Source: Candidatus Kapaibacterium sp. (GTDB lineage Bacteria; Bacteroidota; Ignavibacteria; Kapaibacteriales; Kapaibacteriaceae). Taken from it: a DNA stretch of 64,000 nucleotides. The notes beneath the pieces were generated by a model. It saw only the letters and a list, made by a program, of their open reading frames with translations, made no database searches and was not told the DNA's origin. The stretch covers positions 113,870 to 177,869 of the forward strand of contig JAURGP010000001.1 of NCBI GenBank assembly GCA_030833725.1. Direction: 5' to 3'. The translations under genes and the position numbers were made by a program. Below, piece after piece: positions 20,358-28,904 of this stretch; the stretch's first letter is position 1; each line of letters opens with the position of its first letter.

Positions 20358-22181
20358 ATGCTTCGCGGAACCATTCGGCAATGCTATCCTGTGACGGTGA
20401 TTGATCGTGAGCTCCCGATCGACTCTCTCATTGTGGACGACTACGATGCCCAAAGCCCCCTACCAGACAGTATCCAAGATGCCGTTCTACTTGGCATGCA
20501 AAGCCCGGATGTGGTAAGCGGAACACCCAATGCTGTTGGACATGACATTGTGATTCGGGTAGCGCAGCGCATCGACAGTGTATTAATTCTCGCTGAACCC
20601 ATCACCGCAGCAAACTACTACGAAGGACGGTATCAACTGATCCTGCCAATCGTGGCGGATACCATCATTGTTGACTCGACAGTTTCTGCCCTACCGTGGA
20701 ATGGGCGCGCAGGTGGCGTACTGGATTTGCGGGCCAACAGCGTGATCATCGTGAATGATACCATTACGGCTACGGGCATGGGATTCCGTGGTGGACGGCG
20801 ATCCGTGAATGGAGGGTCGTGCAACATCGTTCAACCGTGTGATGTGCGCGGTAGCTCCATCACGGCTGAGAAGGGCGAGGGGTACCGCCTGCCCGACAGT
20901 ACCTGTATCGCTGGTCATCTTCCCTGGGGGTCGGGAGGGGGCGGTGGTGATGCGCATAATGCCGGTGGAGGGGGCGGTGGAAACGGAGGCGATGGCGGGC
21001 GTGGTGGCGATCAATGGCGCTGTGGGGGCACACCTGGCATGTGGGGCCTACCAGGGCTGGCACTCCTTGAAAACGAACCGCCAACTCGTACCCTAGGCGG
21101 TGGCGGTGGCGGTGGACATCAAAACAACAACGCTGGTACGGATGGTGCTCCAGGCGGTGGATTGATCCGCTTGCGGACACCGTTGATTACCACTGATTCA
21201 CTGGACACGGTGGTGATCTTGGCGCGCGGTGGCACGAATGCCACTCGAGCCGGTAACGATGGTGCAGGAGGTGGTGGAGGCGGTGGCACACTTGAACTGC
21301 GTGTGTGCAGCACCGATAGCCCCCTACAGCTTGATGTGTCGGGAGGGGGCGGAGGCACGTGTGATGCCGGCCACGGACCCGGTGGCGGTGGTGGTGGTGG
21401 CAGGGTGATCATTCACCCGGTGCTCCTAGCAACTGCCGAGCCGCTGCTGGACTGGATCGCCGATGGTGGACGCACCGGCGTAACGTCTGCAGGAGATCGC
21501 TACGGGGCTGAAAATGGTACCACGGGCGTCGTGGAGCTCCCTTGTTCGTGGACGTCGGTACCTACCATCAGCTCGAACAGTATCGCGCGTGTAGGCGACA
21601 CGTTGAGCCTCACCATCGAGCAGATTCCCGATGTGCTCTGTGGGACCGCCATCACACATCATATCACCATTGCGGGTGATGCCGTTACTCCCATTGCATG
21701 GGATTCGGTGGGTACGATCCTACGCCGCACGCAACAAGGGGATGTAGTCGAACTCACGGTGCTGGTTCAGTCCGACACGTCATGGACGATAGACCTTCTC
21801 GCCATACTGGGACGCGATACATCGGCAACAATCTCTGTGCGCTCTAGCGTGTCGATCTGTTCATGGGAACAACCACCGATTGTGGTGAACGTCACGGCGT
21901 GCGCCTTACCGGAGCGAAGAATCTCCCTAACACCACCAACGGTGTTTCAAGCGGCGGTGAGCAGCGATCGACGGATCAGCTATCAGGTATCGCTGCCCAG
22001 CATGCTACCGTTTACCATGCGCCTGGTGCAGGTAGATGGCCGCGTGGTATGGGAAACGTCCGGCAGCGCTCCGTCAGGAACGGAGGTTGGCGAGATCAAT
22101 GGTGTGCACCTTCAACGTGGGATCTACATCCTACTTCTCTCCACACCCTGGGGCATGGAGAGAAGAGTACTGACGTTGTAG
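20358..22181 (+). CDS. glycine-rich protein with T9SS-type C-terminal domain
   Basis: Poly-Gly tracts (GGGGGDAHNAGGGGGGNGGDGG, GGGGGGGHQNN, GAGGGGGGGT, GPGGGGGGG). C-terminal 80 aa fit a T9SS CTD (VQVDGRVVWET...LQRGIYILLLS). Start is uncertain (20328 or 20358); no obvious signal peptide. Confidence 0.55.
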   Translation: MLRGTIRQCYPVTVIDRELPIDSLIVDDYDAQSPLPDSIQDAVLLGMQSPDVVSGTPNAVGHDIVIRVAQRIDSVLILAEPITAANYYEGRYQLILPIVADTIIVDSTVSALPWNGRAGGVLDLRANSVIIVNDTITATGMGFRGGRRSVNGGSCNIVQPCDVRGSSITAEKGEGYRLPDSTCIAGHLPWGSGGGGGDAHNAGGGGGGNGGDGGRGGDQWRCGGTPGMWGLPGLALLENEPPTRTLGGGGGGGHQNNNAGTDGAPGGGLIRLRTPLITTDSLDTVVILARGGTNATRAGNDGAGGGGGGGTLELRVCSTDSPLQLDVSGGGGGTCDAGHGPGGGGGGGRVIIHPVLLATAEPLLDWIADGGRTGVTSAGDRYGAENGTTGVVELPCSWTSVPTISSNSIARVGDTLSLTIEQIPDVLCGTAITHHITIAGDAVTPIAWDSVGTILRRTQQGDVVELTVLVQSDTSWTIDLLAILGRDTSATISVRSSVSICSWEQPPIVVNVTACALPERRISLTPPTVFQAAVSSDRRISYQVSLPSMLPFTMRLVQVDGRVVWETSGSAPSGTEVGEINGVHLQRGIYILLLSTPWGMERRVLTL

Positions 22182-22231
22182 ATGGCGATGGTGTCAGATG
22201 GTATCATAGGAGTGGTAGCATAGGAGTGGTA

Positions 22232-22600
22232 ATGGTAACACGATTCATCTTTTCGGCACTACTCCTTGCTGCGGGGGTAGCTCATCTGTTTCTACCCCAG
22301 TTCTTTATTGCCTACTACCCATCCTACCTCCCCTGGCCGGAGCAGATGGTACTGCTTTCAGGGATTGTGGAGCTCCTCCTGGCCACGTTGCTGTGGATTC
22401 GTGCAGTCGAGCGACCCACGTGGCTGGCGATCTCGCTCCTGATGGCCGTGTACACGCTGGTTCACGTGTACGTGATCACGGACTATGGCACGATCCAGCA
22501 TCCTGATCCCGCGCTTCCGTTATGGCTGGCCTGGGTTCGGCTGCCGATGCAAGGTGTGCTGATTGGATGGGCGTGGAAAGAGTACCGACGCCGGGCGTGA
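22232..22600 (+). CDS. small hypothetical membrane protein
   Basis: 122 aa, 3-4 TM helices. Preceded by a duplicated Shine-Dalgarno-like block. Stop codon lies inside a palindromic repeat copy. Confidence 0.4.
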   Translation: MVTRFIFSALLLAAGVAHLFLPQFFIAYYPSYLPWPEQMVLLSGIVELLLATLLWIRAVERPTWLAISLLMAVYTLVHVYVITDYGTIQHPDPALPLWLAWVRLPMQGVLIGWAWKEYRRRA

Positions 22601-22628
22601 CGCCGGGAAAAGGTTTTCCCGGCGTCGT
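22585..22628. repeat. palindromic GC-rich element copy A: CGACGCCGGGcgtGACGCCGGGAAAAGGTTTTCCCGGCGTCGTC
   Basis: Read directly from the sequence. Perfect 28-bp hairpin core plus a third direct half-site. The stop codon TGA of the upstream membrane-protein gene lies inside the element. Confidence 0.8.
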
Positions 22629-22649
22629 CTCGTCCGCATCTTTGTGGCT

Positions 22650-23063
22650 ATGACAACCTCGAACTTCTCTCCGCGATCCGGTCTGGCCGCAGTGCTGAAA
22701 ATTGCAGCCGTGTACAACCTGCTTTGGGGTGCCTGGCAGATCCTCGCCCCCAGTAGTTTTTTCCATGTCATGGGCATGGAGCCTGTGAACTACCTGATGA
22801 TCTGGCAGGGCTTAGGCATGGTGATCGGCCTGTATGGTATCGCCTACTACTGGGCATCGTTCAACTACATCCGGCACTGGCCAATTGTTGCGATCGGCCT
22901 GATGGGGAAGGTGTTTGGCCCGATAGGGTTCATCTACAACATTGCACTGGGCACAGCCCCCTACAGCTTCGGCTACACCTTGATCCCCAACGATCTGATT
23001 TGGTGGATTCCGTTCACCATGATGTTGCTGGACGCGAAAAAGGCTGGCTTCCCTCTTCGATAA
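22650..23063 (+). CDS. small hypothetical membrane protein
   Basis: 137 aa, multi-TM, Trp/Tyr-rich. Starts at MTTSNFSPRSG, just downstream of repeat copy A. Confidence 0.4.
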   Translation: MTTSNFSPRSGLAAVLKIAAVYNLLWGAWQILAPSSFFHVMGMEPVNYLMIWQGLGMVIGLYGIAYYWASFNYIRHWPIVAIGLMGKVFGPIGFIYNIALGTAPYSFGYTLIPNDLIWWIPFTMMLLDAKKAGFPLR

Positions 23064-23196
23064 TCCAACTATTCATACAGGAAGAAGACATCGTTCACGA
23101 CGTGATCTCCACCAGCGATGGTGGTTCTGTACTGACCGGGTATACGATGTCGAACGATGGCGACTTCACTGGCATGAACAGAGTGTTTCCGTGGAC

Positions 23197-23236
23197 GTTG
23201 CCGGGAAAAGGTTTTCCCGGCAACTCTCCCGGCAAC
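23197..23236. repeat. palindromic element copy B with compensatory arm variant: GTTGCCGGGAAAAGGTTTTCCCGGCAACtctCCCGGCAAC
   Basis: Same architecture as copy A, but all three arms read GTTGCC/GGCAAC instead of GACGCC/GGCGTC. Lies between convergent genes (membrane protein and histone H1-like gene). Confidence 0.75.
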
Positions 23237-23243
23237 AGTCTGT

Positions 23244-23417
23244 TTACTTCTCTTTATCGGCAGCAATCGACGCCTTGTTGTACGGCGTGATCAGCTTCTT
23301 GATCCCATTTGCTGCCTTACGAGCCTGCGCTGCACCCTTTTTGGTGGTGGCGTTGTGACCCTCTTGAAACTGAGCGAACAGCGTCATGATCTGCTCGTAG
23401 ATCTCTTGCTTTGTCAT
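23244..23417 (-). CDS. histone H1-like small DNA-binding protein (Bacteroidota Hc1/H1-like family)
   Basis: Hand-translated 57-aa ORF not in the supplied track: MTKQEIYEQIMTLFAQFQEGHNATTKKGAAQARKAANGIKKLITPYNKASIAADKEK. Lys/Ala-rich and similar in pattern to Bacteroidota histone H1-like proteins (..EGHIKTGNQSAGTRARK..IKVLAQELRK). Confidence 0.6.
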   Translation of the reverse strand: MTKQEIYEQIMTLFAQFQEGHNATTKKGAAQARKAANGIKKLITPYNKASIAADKEK

Positions 23418-23483
23418 TCCTGAACCCTATGTGAAGGAGTGAAAACGTGCAGCTCAGCGCTGCGTAACATTCGATTATACAAC

Positions 23484-23510
23484 CGAAAATCGCGAAAATC
23501 ACGAAAATCG
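23484..23510. promoter_or_regulatory. three tandem 9-bp repeats (CGAAAATCG CGAAAATCA CGAAAATCG) upstream of the histone H1-like gene
   Basis: Read directly from the sequence. Located 67-93 bp upstream of the minus-strand ATG at 23417. Confidence 0.35.
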
Positions 23511-23536
23511 ACTGTACCGCGTTCCATCCACCACAA

Positions 23537-24250
23537 TCAAAGTGGAACCTCGATCAGGACAGCAGAAGTTTGTTGGTGTGCATGGATCTGTATGCTCCCC
23601 ACATCGGAGAGCCCCAGGGCGTCTCTCCGCTGAAGTGTTTGCTCGTGTACCGTGAGCTCTCCCTCAATCACGAAGATGAAGATACCAGTGCCTTCACTCC
23701 TAGGAATGTACTCGCGTGTATGGTCGGATTCCAGGGACACCATCGACAGCCACGCTGTTTGATGGATCCACAGTGGAGCGTCCCCATCCTTGGGACCAAC
23801 CACCAACTCTATGCTGTTTTGTGGAACGATGATTCGACGCTGGTCGTACCGCGGCTGAACGTTCGGCGTGTCAGGAATGATCCAGATCTGCAGGAACTCA
23901 ACAGGTTCAGTGTCTGATCCGTTGAACTCTGAGTGCGTAATACCTCTGCCAGCTGACATCACCTGTACATCACCGGGGTGGAGTGCTTCTGCATGGCCCA
24001 TGCTATCTCGATGCATGAGCACACCTTTCAACGGAATCGAGATGATCTCCATGTTGCGATGCGGATGCTCACCGAAGCCCGAGCCCCCTTCCACCACATC
24101 GTCATTGAAGACGCGAAGCATCCCGAAGTTCATGCGCTCGGGATGCATGTAGCTTCCAAAGCTGAACACATGGTGAGTATCAAGCCAGCCGTAGTTGGCA
24201 TGACCACGCGTATCGGCTTTGAACAGGGTTGTATTCATTGCAGTTTTCAC
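23537..24250 (-). CDS. pirin family protein (bicupin)
   Basis: 237 aa. Conserved pirin N-terminal motifs (HPHRNMEIISIPL, GDVQVMSAGRGITHSE). Confidence 0.85.
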   Translation of the reverse strand: MKTAMNTTLFKADTRGHANYGWLDTHHVFSFGSYMHPERMNFGMLRVFNDDVVEGGSGFGEHPHRNMEIISIPLKGVLMHRDSMGHAEALHPGDVQVMSAGRGITHSEFNGSDTEPVEFLQIWIIPDTPNVQPRYDQRRIIVPQNSIELVVGPKDGDAPLWIHQTAWLSMVSLESDHTREYIPRSEGTGIFIFVIEGELTVHEQTLQRRDALGLSDVGSIQIHAHQQTSAVLIEVPL

Positions 24251-24283
24251 AGATTGTATGGGGCCTTACACCGGGATAATCTC

Positions 24284-24898
24284 ATGTTTCGTAACCGACA
24301 CGATGCAGCACAACAACTGATTCCACATCTGGAACAGTACAAGCATAACGATGTTGTGGTTGTAGCCGTTCCTCGCGGGGCGGTACCCATGGCCGCAGAT
24401 CTTGCCAACCACTTCGGATGGCCACTGGGCGTAGTGTTCGTCAAGAAGCTTGGGCATCCATTCAACCACGAGTACGCTATTGGTGCTGTCGGCCTTGATG
24501 ATGTGTTTCTGGATCCCGGCCATACTGATGTGACTCCACGCGACCTGCAGGACGCTGTTGCTGAAGCCCAGGTTCTACTTCGTAGGAGACGTGCGATGTT
24601 TCTCGGCGTGCGACCAGATGTTCCATTGCGTGGCCGAACGGTTCTTCTTGTGGACGATGGAATTGCCACAGGAGCCACCGTGCGTGCGAGCATTGCTGTT
24701 CTGCGGAAGCAGGATCCAGTAGCCATCATTGTTGTGGCGCCTGTTGGATCAACTTCGGCCATTGAGGAGTTACTGTCATCTGCTGACGATGTGGTGGTTG
24801 TGCACTCAGATCCCAACTTTCGTGCAGTGGGAGAGTACTATGATGATTTTTCGGAAGTCACGGACGAAGATGTTGTCCAGGTTTTGCAGCAGATTTGA
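24284..24898 (+). CDS. phosphoribosyltransferase family protein (type I PRT)
   Basis: Start at MFRNRHD. PRPP-binding motif VLLVDDGIATGAT. Confidence 0.75.
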   Translation: MFRNRHDAAQQLIPHLEQYKHNDVVVVAVPRGAVPMAADLANHFGWPLGVVFVKKLGHPFNHEYAIGAVGLDDVFLDPGHTDVTPRDLQDAVAEAQVLLRRRRAMFLGVRPDVPLRGRTVLLVDDGIATGATVRASIAVLRKQDPVAIIVVAPVGSTSAIEELLSSADDVVVVHSDPNFRAVGEYYDDFSEVTDEDVVQVLQQI

Positions 24899-24944
24899 TA
24901 CACGTTCTAGTCACGCATTCGAAAAACTGTCACCAAGCATTCCC

Positions 24945-25661
24945 ATGAGCCGTCAATCATACATCGGGTTCACTCTATTGCTCTGTATGTTCTTGAGTAG
25001 CTGCACGAGTGACGTCGCTCCAGTACCTGAACAAACGAATGAGGAGAGATATCTCGCTGCAATCACGGATGCTATGGTTGCAGACGATGCAGAACGCTCA
25101 TCGAATCTGATTGCACTCCGCGAAGATAATCCTAGTACGGTTTGGAAGTCCTTTGGTTCGGAGCGGCGCGTGTTGGTGACCACATGGACATCCTGGGACA
25201 CGACCTACTCTGTCGGACAGATAGCCGCTGCGAAGTATGATATGTGGGTAACGGCTGCACCAGAACTTCATTCGTGGTGGAAAACGCGCTACGACAATCG
25301 CACGGATACAGCTCTTCGCCTCGAGCAGCTACTTGGTCTGTCACCTGGTAGAAACAAGACATCGTTTCTGTCTGTATGGGTTCGACCACAGGATGTGTTC
25401 CGACCTGCCGGAGATCCAGAGATCGATGATGCCTCGGCTGGACCCGAGCTTGCCGCTGATGTTGATTCAGCGTACCGCGTATGGTTCAACGCCAGCATAA
25501 TCTATTCGTACTACCCAAGATCAGCTCCCTGGACACGCCTAGGCTACACGTATGATTGGAACGGCCAGTATGGTGAGCAAGGGCTCAGTGAGTTCATCGT
25601 CCGCAAGGGGTCCGAGATCATTGTCGAGTCGGTAACTCCTACGGCTGAATACCTTCGATAG
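24945..25661 (+). CDS. hypothetical lipoprotein
   Basis: Start at MSRQSYIGFTLLLCMFLSSCTSD (signal peptide plus lipobox). No recognisable domain. Confidence 0.5.
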   Translation: MSRQSYIGFTLLLCMFLSSCTSDVAPVPEQTNEERYLAAITDAMVADDAERSSNLIALREDNPSTVWKSFGSERRVLVTTWTSWDTTYSVGQIAAAKYDMWVTAAPELHSWWKTRYDNRTDTALRLEQLLGLSPGRNKTSFLSVWVRPQDVFRPAGDPEIDDASAGPELAADVDSAYRVWFNASIIYSYYPRSAPWTRLGYTYDWNGQYGEQGLSEFIVRKGSEIIVESVTPTAEYLR

Positions 25662-25679
25662 GTCTGCTACAGCATTCGC

Positions 25680-26093
25680 TTACTTCACATACTGCTGCAC
25701 CACGTAGATGCAGGTGTCCTCGATGTACGTTACACCGGCTTCAGCGCAACGGCGAGCCCCATGCTGACTGGTGATTCCAAGCTGTAACCAGATGCAGTGA
25801 ATGTCACCCCGCTGGGCCCGACGTTCCAACGCTGCCTCGATGATCGCGTCCGTATCAGAGGATGGTCGAAACACATTGAGAATGTCGATGTCCATCCCTA
25901 CATCGTTGATGGTTGCGACCACCGGAATTGAGCCTACACTCGGTACGGCTGAGGGGTTGATACCCACGACAGAATAGCCCCACTGCGGCAGAAGCTGAGG
26001 TATGTCGTGCGCGGATTTACCGGGATTCTTTGACAAACCAACCACGGCAATGTTCCGGGCGTTACGGAGGGTTGTGATTGCAAGATCTAGCAT
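25680..26093 (-). CDS. CoA-binding domain protein (YccU/YneT-like)
   Basis: 137 aa. NIAVVGLSKNPGKSAHD Rossmann-like CoA-binding motif. Confidence 0.8.
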   Translation of the reverse strand: MLDLAITTLRNARNIAVVGLSKNPGKSAHDIPQLLPQWGYSVVGINPSAVPSVGSIPVVATINDVGMDIDILNVFRPSSDTDAIIEAALERRAQRGDIHCIWLQLGITSQHGARRCAEAGVTYIEDTCIYVVQQYVK

Positions 26094-26125
26094 GAGTGCA
26101 AACTACATAGGACTCTCATAGGCCT

Positions 26126-26168
26126 CGACGCCGGGAGTGACGCCGGGAAAAGGTTTTCCCGGCGTCGT
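26126..26168. repeat. palindromic element copy C: CGACGCCGGGagtGACGCCGGGAAAAGGTTTTCCCGGCGTCGT
   Basis: Identical to copy A except for one spacer base. Lies in the divergent promoter region between the CoA-binding gene and crtY. Confidence 0.8.
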
Positions 26169-26176
26169 GCTCAATC

Positions 26177-27289
26177 GTGGGCATCCCGGAGCTATCTTCC
26201 CCAATGGACAGCCCCCTCAATCAACGACTCACCTTTCTAGGCGGCGGTGTAGCGGCAAGTATCTATACGATTATTGCCCGCGCTGTGTGGAGCTCTTCGG
26301 AACTGACCGTTTCGGTCATCGATCCCACTGAACAGCCCCCAGAGAGAACGCTGTGTGTGTGGGGTGCACCGAGTCCACTTCTCGAAGACGCGGTTGTAGC
26401 GCAGTGGTCGAAGCTCTGTTTTGGCTACGGTACAGACACCATCACTGTTGACCTTGACACCTGGTCCTACCGTCAGTATACGGCATCGTCGCTTCGACAG
26501 CTAGCTGAGCGAATGGGTCCCATTCACCGCATTACGGCCATGGCTGATGATCCAAGTGACGAATCTGTACTCCACCTTGACAGTCGTCCACACCAGCCTG
26601 TGTCGCAGCCTGCTTCGGTTGAGTTGCTGCAGCATTTTCATGGTCGGAGAATTCGCACATCGAAGGACATCTTTCAGCCAGACACAGCCGTGATGATGGA
26701 CTTTCGTACGGACCAATCAGACGGCATCTGTTTTCTGTACGTGCTTCCGTATAGCAGCACCGAGGCCTTGGTAGAGTGTACGGCCTTTAGTCCGGCGGTG
26801 TGGGACGTGGATCAGTACGCCCATCGCTTGGACACCTACATCGAGCTCGAGCTTGGATGCTCGGACTACGAGGTTCTGGCTACTGAGACAGGTGTGATCC
26901 CGATGAATGATCGTAGTGTCGATCGTAATCGTGGACGCAACTGGATTGTGATTGGAAGTGCTGGAGCACTCACCAAACCAACCACGGGATACATGGTGGC
27001 ACGCTGTCTTCGGGACGCTACATCCCTCTTTGTAGATGCGAAGCGCTCTGGACGCATGTCTGTACCTAGTGCGCCTCCATCTCGATTCGCGTGGTACGAC
27101 AAACTCCTCCTCAGGATCATGCGAGATGAGCCTGAGGTTGTTCCGCTCATCTTGTGGACGCTATTCAAGCGAAACCCTATTCATCGCATTCTGTCGTTTC
27201 TTGACGAGCAAACGTCACTGCGTCAGGAGGTCCTTCTGTTTCTCAGGTTACCATGGATGCCCTTTCTTCGAGCTATCGTTCGGCAGTAG
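26177..27289 (+). CDS. crtY: lycopene cyclase (CrtY/CrtL family)
   Basis: 370 aa. N-terminal dinucleotide-binding-like region. Conserved lycopene cyclase motif ICFLYVLPYS. Overlaps the downstream Blh-like gene. Confidence 0.7.
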   Translation: MGIPELSSPMDSPLNQRLTFLGGGVAASIYTIIARAVWSSSELTVSVIDPTEQPPERTLCVWGAPSPLLEDAVVAQWSKLCFGYGTDTITVDLDTWSYRQYTASSLRQLAERMGPIHRITAMADDPSDESVLHLDSRPHQPVSQPASVELLQHFHGRRIRTSKDIFQPDTAVMMDFRTDQSDGICFLYVLPYSSTEALVECTAFSPAVWDVDQYAHRLDTYIELELGCSDYEVLATETGVIPMNDRSVDRNRGRNWIVIGSAGALTKPTTGYMVARCLRDATSLFVDAKRSGRMSVPSAPPSRFAWYDKLLLRIMRDEPEVVPLILWTLFKRNPIHRILSFLDEQTSLRQEVLLFLRLPWMPFLRAIVRQ

Positions 27290-28116
27290 TCTACGTCGGT
27301 TCGGCCCTGATCCTCGTGGCCCTGACAACGCTTCTGCCATCGGCCGTAGTGGTGTTGTCCGTGCTGCTGATTTCACTGGGTGGTGTTCCTCATGGCGCGG
27401 TGGATCTCCATCTCACACTTCCAGGTGCACAGAGGTGGCGTGAGTTGGCTGTCTACCTGGTAAGCATGAGCGCTGTTCTACTAGGATGGTACCTGTCGTC
27501 ACCAGTGATGCTGGCGTTCTTTCTTGTGAACTCAGCGTGGCACTTCGGTGATTGCGACTTGTCCACACCACATGCGGCTAAGCCGGTACTTGCACTCGTG
27601 TATGGACTTGCCGTGTTGTTGGTTGTGATCAACCCTCTAGATCCATCGATCTACTGGATTCTGGAGGATTTGATTGGCCAAGCTGACCTGAGTTCCTTCG
27701 TTACCATCATCGAGCCGTACCTCGTACCGATGCGGATAATCGCAATGGTTCTTGTTGTGGCTGTGCCGGTGAGTACGAACCACACTACACGTATCGCAGC
27801 TCTTGTTCGCGGGATACTGATTGTTGGTATGGGGCTGATGGCACCGTCTCTGGTAGCGTTTACGTGGTACTTCGTGGTCATCCACTCATGGACGAGTTTA
27901 TCGCGGTTACGATTCTACGTGTCGGCTAACGAGCCGTGGACATGGCGCAGACTGATCGTGGCTGCTGCACCGCTCTCTGTGGTTACCTATGCAGGGGTCG
28001 TGATCGGTTTCCTGCTGCTGCCCATCTCGTCTCTCACGGCACTTCTCTTCGTTGCACTGAGTGCGCTCACCCTACCCCATAGCCGACTGTTCAGCCGGGT
28101 GTATGCGTCGAGGTGA
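27253..28116 (+). CDS. blh: Brp/Blh family beta-carotene 15,15'-dioxygenase-like membrane protein (retinal synthesis)
   Basis: 287 aa, 7-8 TM. Conserved His motifs GGVPHGAVDL and NSAWHFGDCD resemble Brp/Blh HGAxD and HFG boxes. Translationally coupled to crtY, which is the canonical pairing. Confidence 0.55.
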   Translation: MDALSSSYRSAVVYVGSALILVALTTLLPSAVVVLSVLLISLGGVPHGAVDLHLTLPGAQRWRELAVYLVSMSAVLLGWYLSSPVMLAFFLVNSAWHFGDCDLSTPHAAKPVLALVYGLAVLLVVINPLDPSIYWILEDLIGQADLSSFVTIIEPYLVPMRIIAMVLVVAVPVSTNHTTRIAALVRGILIVGMGLMAPSLVAFTWYFVVIHSWTSLSRLRFYVSANEPWTWRRLIVAAAPLSVVTYAGVVIGFLLLPISSLTALLFVALSALTLPHSRLFSRVYASR

Positions 28117-28147
28117 GCGATCACCTCCCGTGTGTGCATGGACACAG

Positions 28148-28843
28148 TTAGTCTTTGATACAGCGAACGGAAAAGCCGTTACCCATGTAGAATGCTCCCC
28201 GGTACACCTTCGAGGTATTCCGACCCATGTACCTCTTCCACGCAAGATTGGCGTTGCTGACGGTGGAACTCCACCAGTGCCCTAACTCACCCGCGCTGTA
28301 GAACAAGCCATTGAAGTCCACAAATCCGCTAGGCAGTCCGTGGAACCCACTACTATTCGTGCCGTTTCCGTTACCCATCCAGCCTTGGGTACTCTTCATC
28401 TTGACACCTGCCTCGGCCTCGCCACCAAGGAAGCTGGTGAGCGCGGTCCATTCGTCATCGGTGGGAATGTGGTATCCCTCAGGGGCCAGCCCACGTGGGT
28501 CCGTCACAGCATACCAGTTGTACAGCTTTCCGTGCAGACGTCCATTCGCCGAGTTGTTATCGTAGTAGCACCAGGCTGGTGTTCCGTCGGTGGCGGCCTT
28601 TTCCCACTTCTCATACGTATCAGCGTGCGGAATGGAGTCGCCGTTGCGAAACAGGGCAACATCCAGGTTGGACGTCATCCATACCTGAGTTCCGATCGCA
28701 ACCTCGGAGATCGTCGGTACTTCCGGTTCTACGGGCGTGCTACTGGTGCATGCACTCACGAGTGTGATCGCAACCACTAGCCATAGCGCAACAGAAGAGT
28801 TCAGTTTGTTCACGAGACGTATCCTGAAGGGGTGAGGTAACAC
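28148..28843 (-). CDS. FISUMP-domain (Fibrobacter succinogenes major paralogous domain, TIGR02145) lipoprotein
   Basis: 231 aa. Lipobox LVSACTSS. FISUMP-like motifs (IGTQVWMTSNL, GKLYNWYA, GYHIPTDDEW, GLFYSAGELGHWWSST, SVRCIKD). Confidence 0.65.
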   Translation of the reverse strand: MLPHPFRIRLVNKLNSSVALWLVVAITLVSACTSSTPVEPEVPTISEVAIGTQVWMTSNLDVALFRNGDSIPHADTYEKWEKAATDGTPAWCYYDNNSANGRLHGKLYNWYAVTDPRGLAPEGYHIPTDDEWTALTSFLGGEAEAGVKMKSTQGWMGNGNGTNSSGFHGLPSGFVDFNGLFYSAGELGHWWSSTVSNANLAWKRYMGRNTSKVYRGAFYMGNGFSVRCIKD

Positions 28844-28904
28844 TTCAGTAAATGTACGGATTGATATCGTTTCGTTGTTGAAACGATACCATTGGGCACG
28901 GAGG

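Noticed and set aside
21119-21412. Pro-rich ORF (PPPPPPPGPWP...) opposite the glycine-rich gene.
   Set aside because: Reverse complement of GGN glycine codons gives CCN proline codons. It is an artefact of the Gly-rich coding strand.
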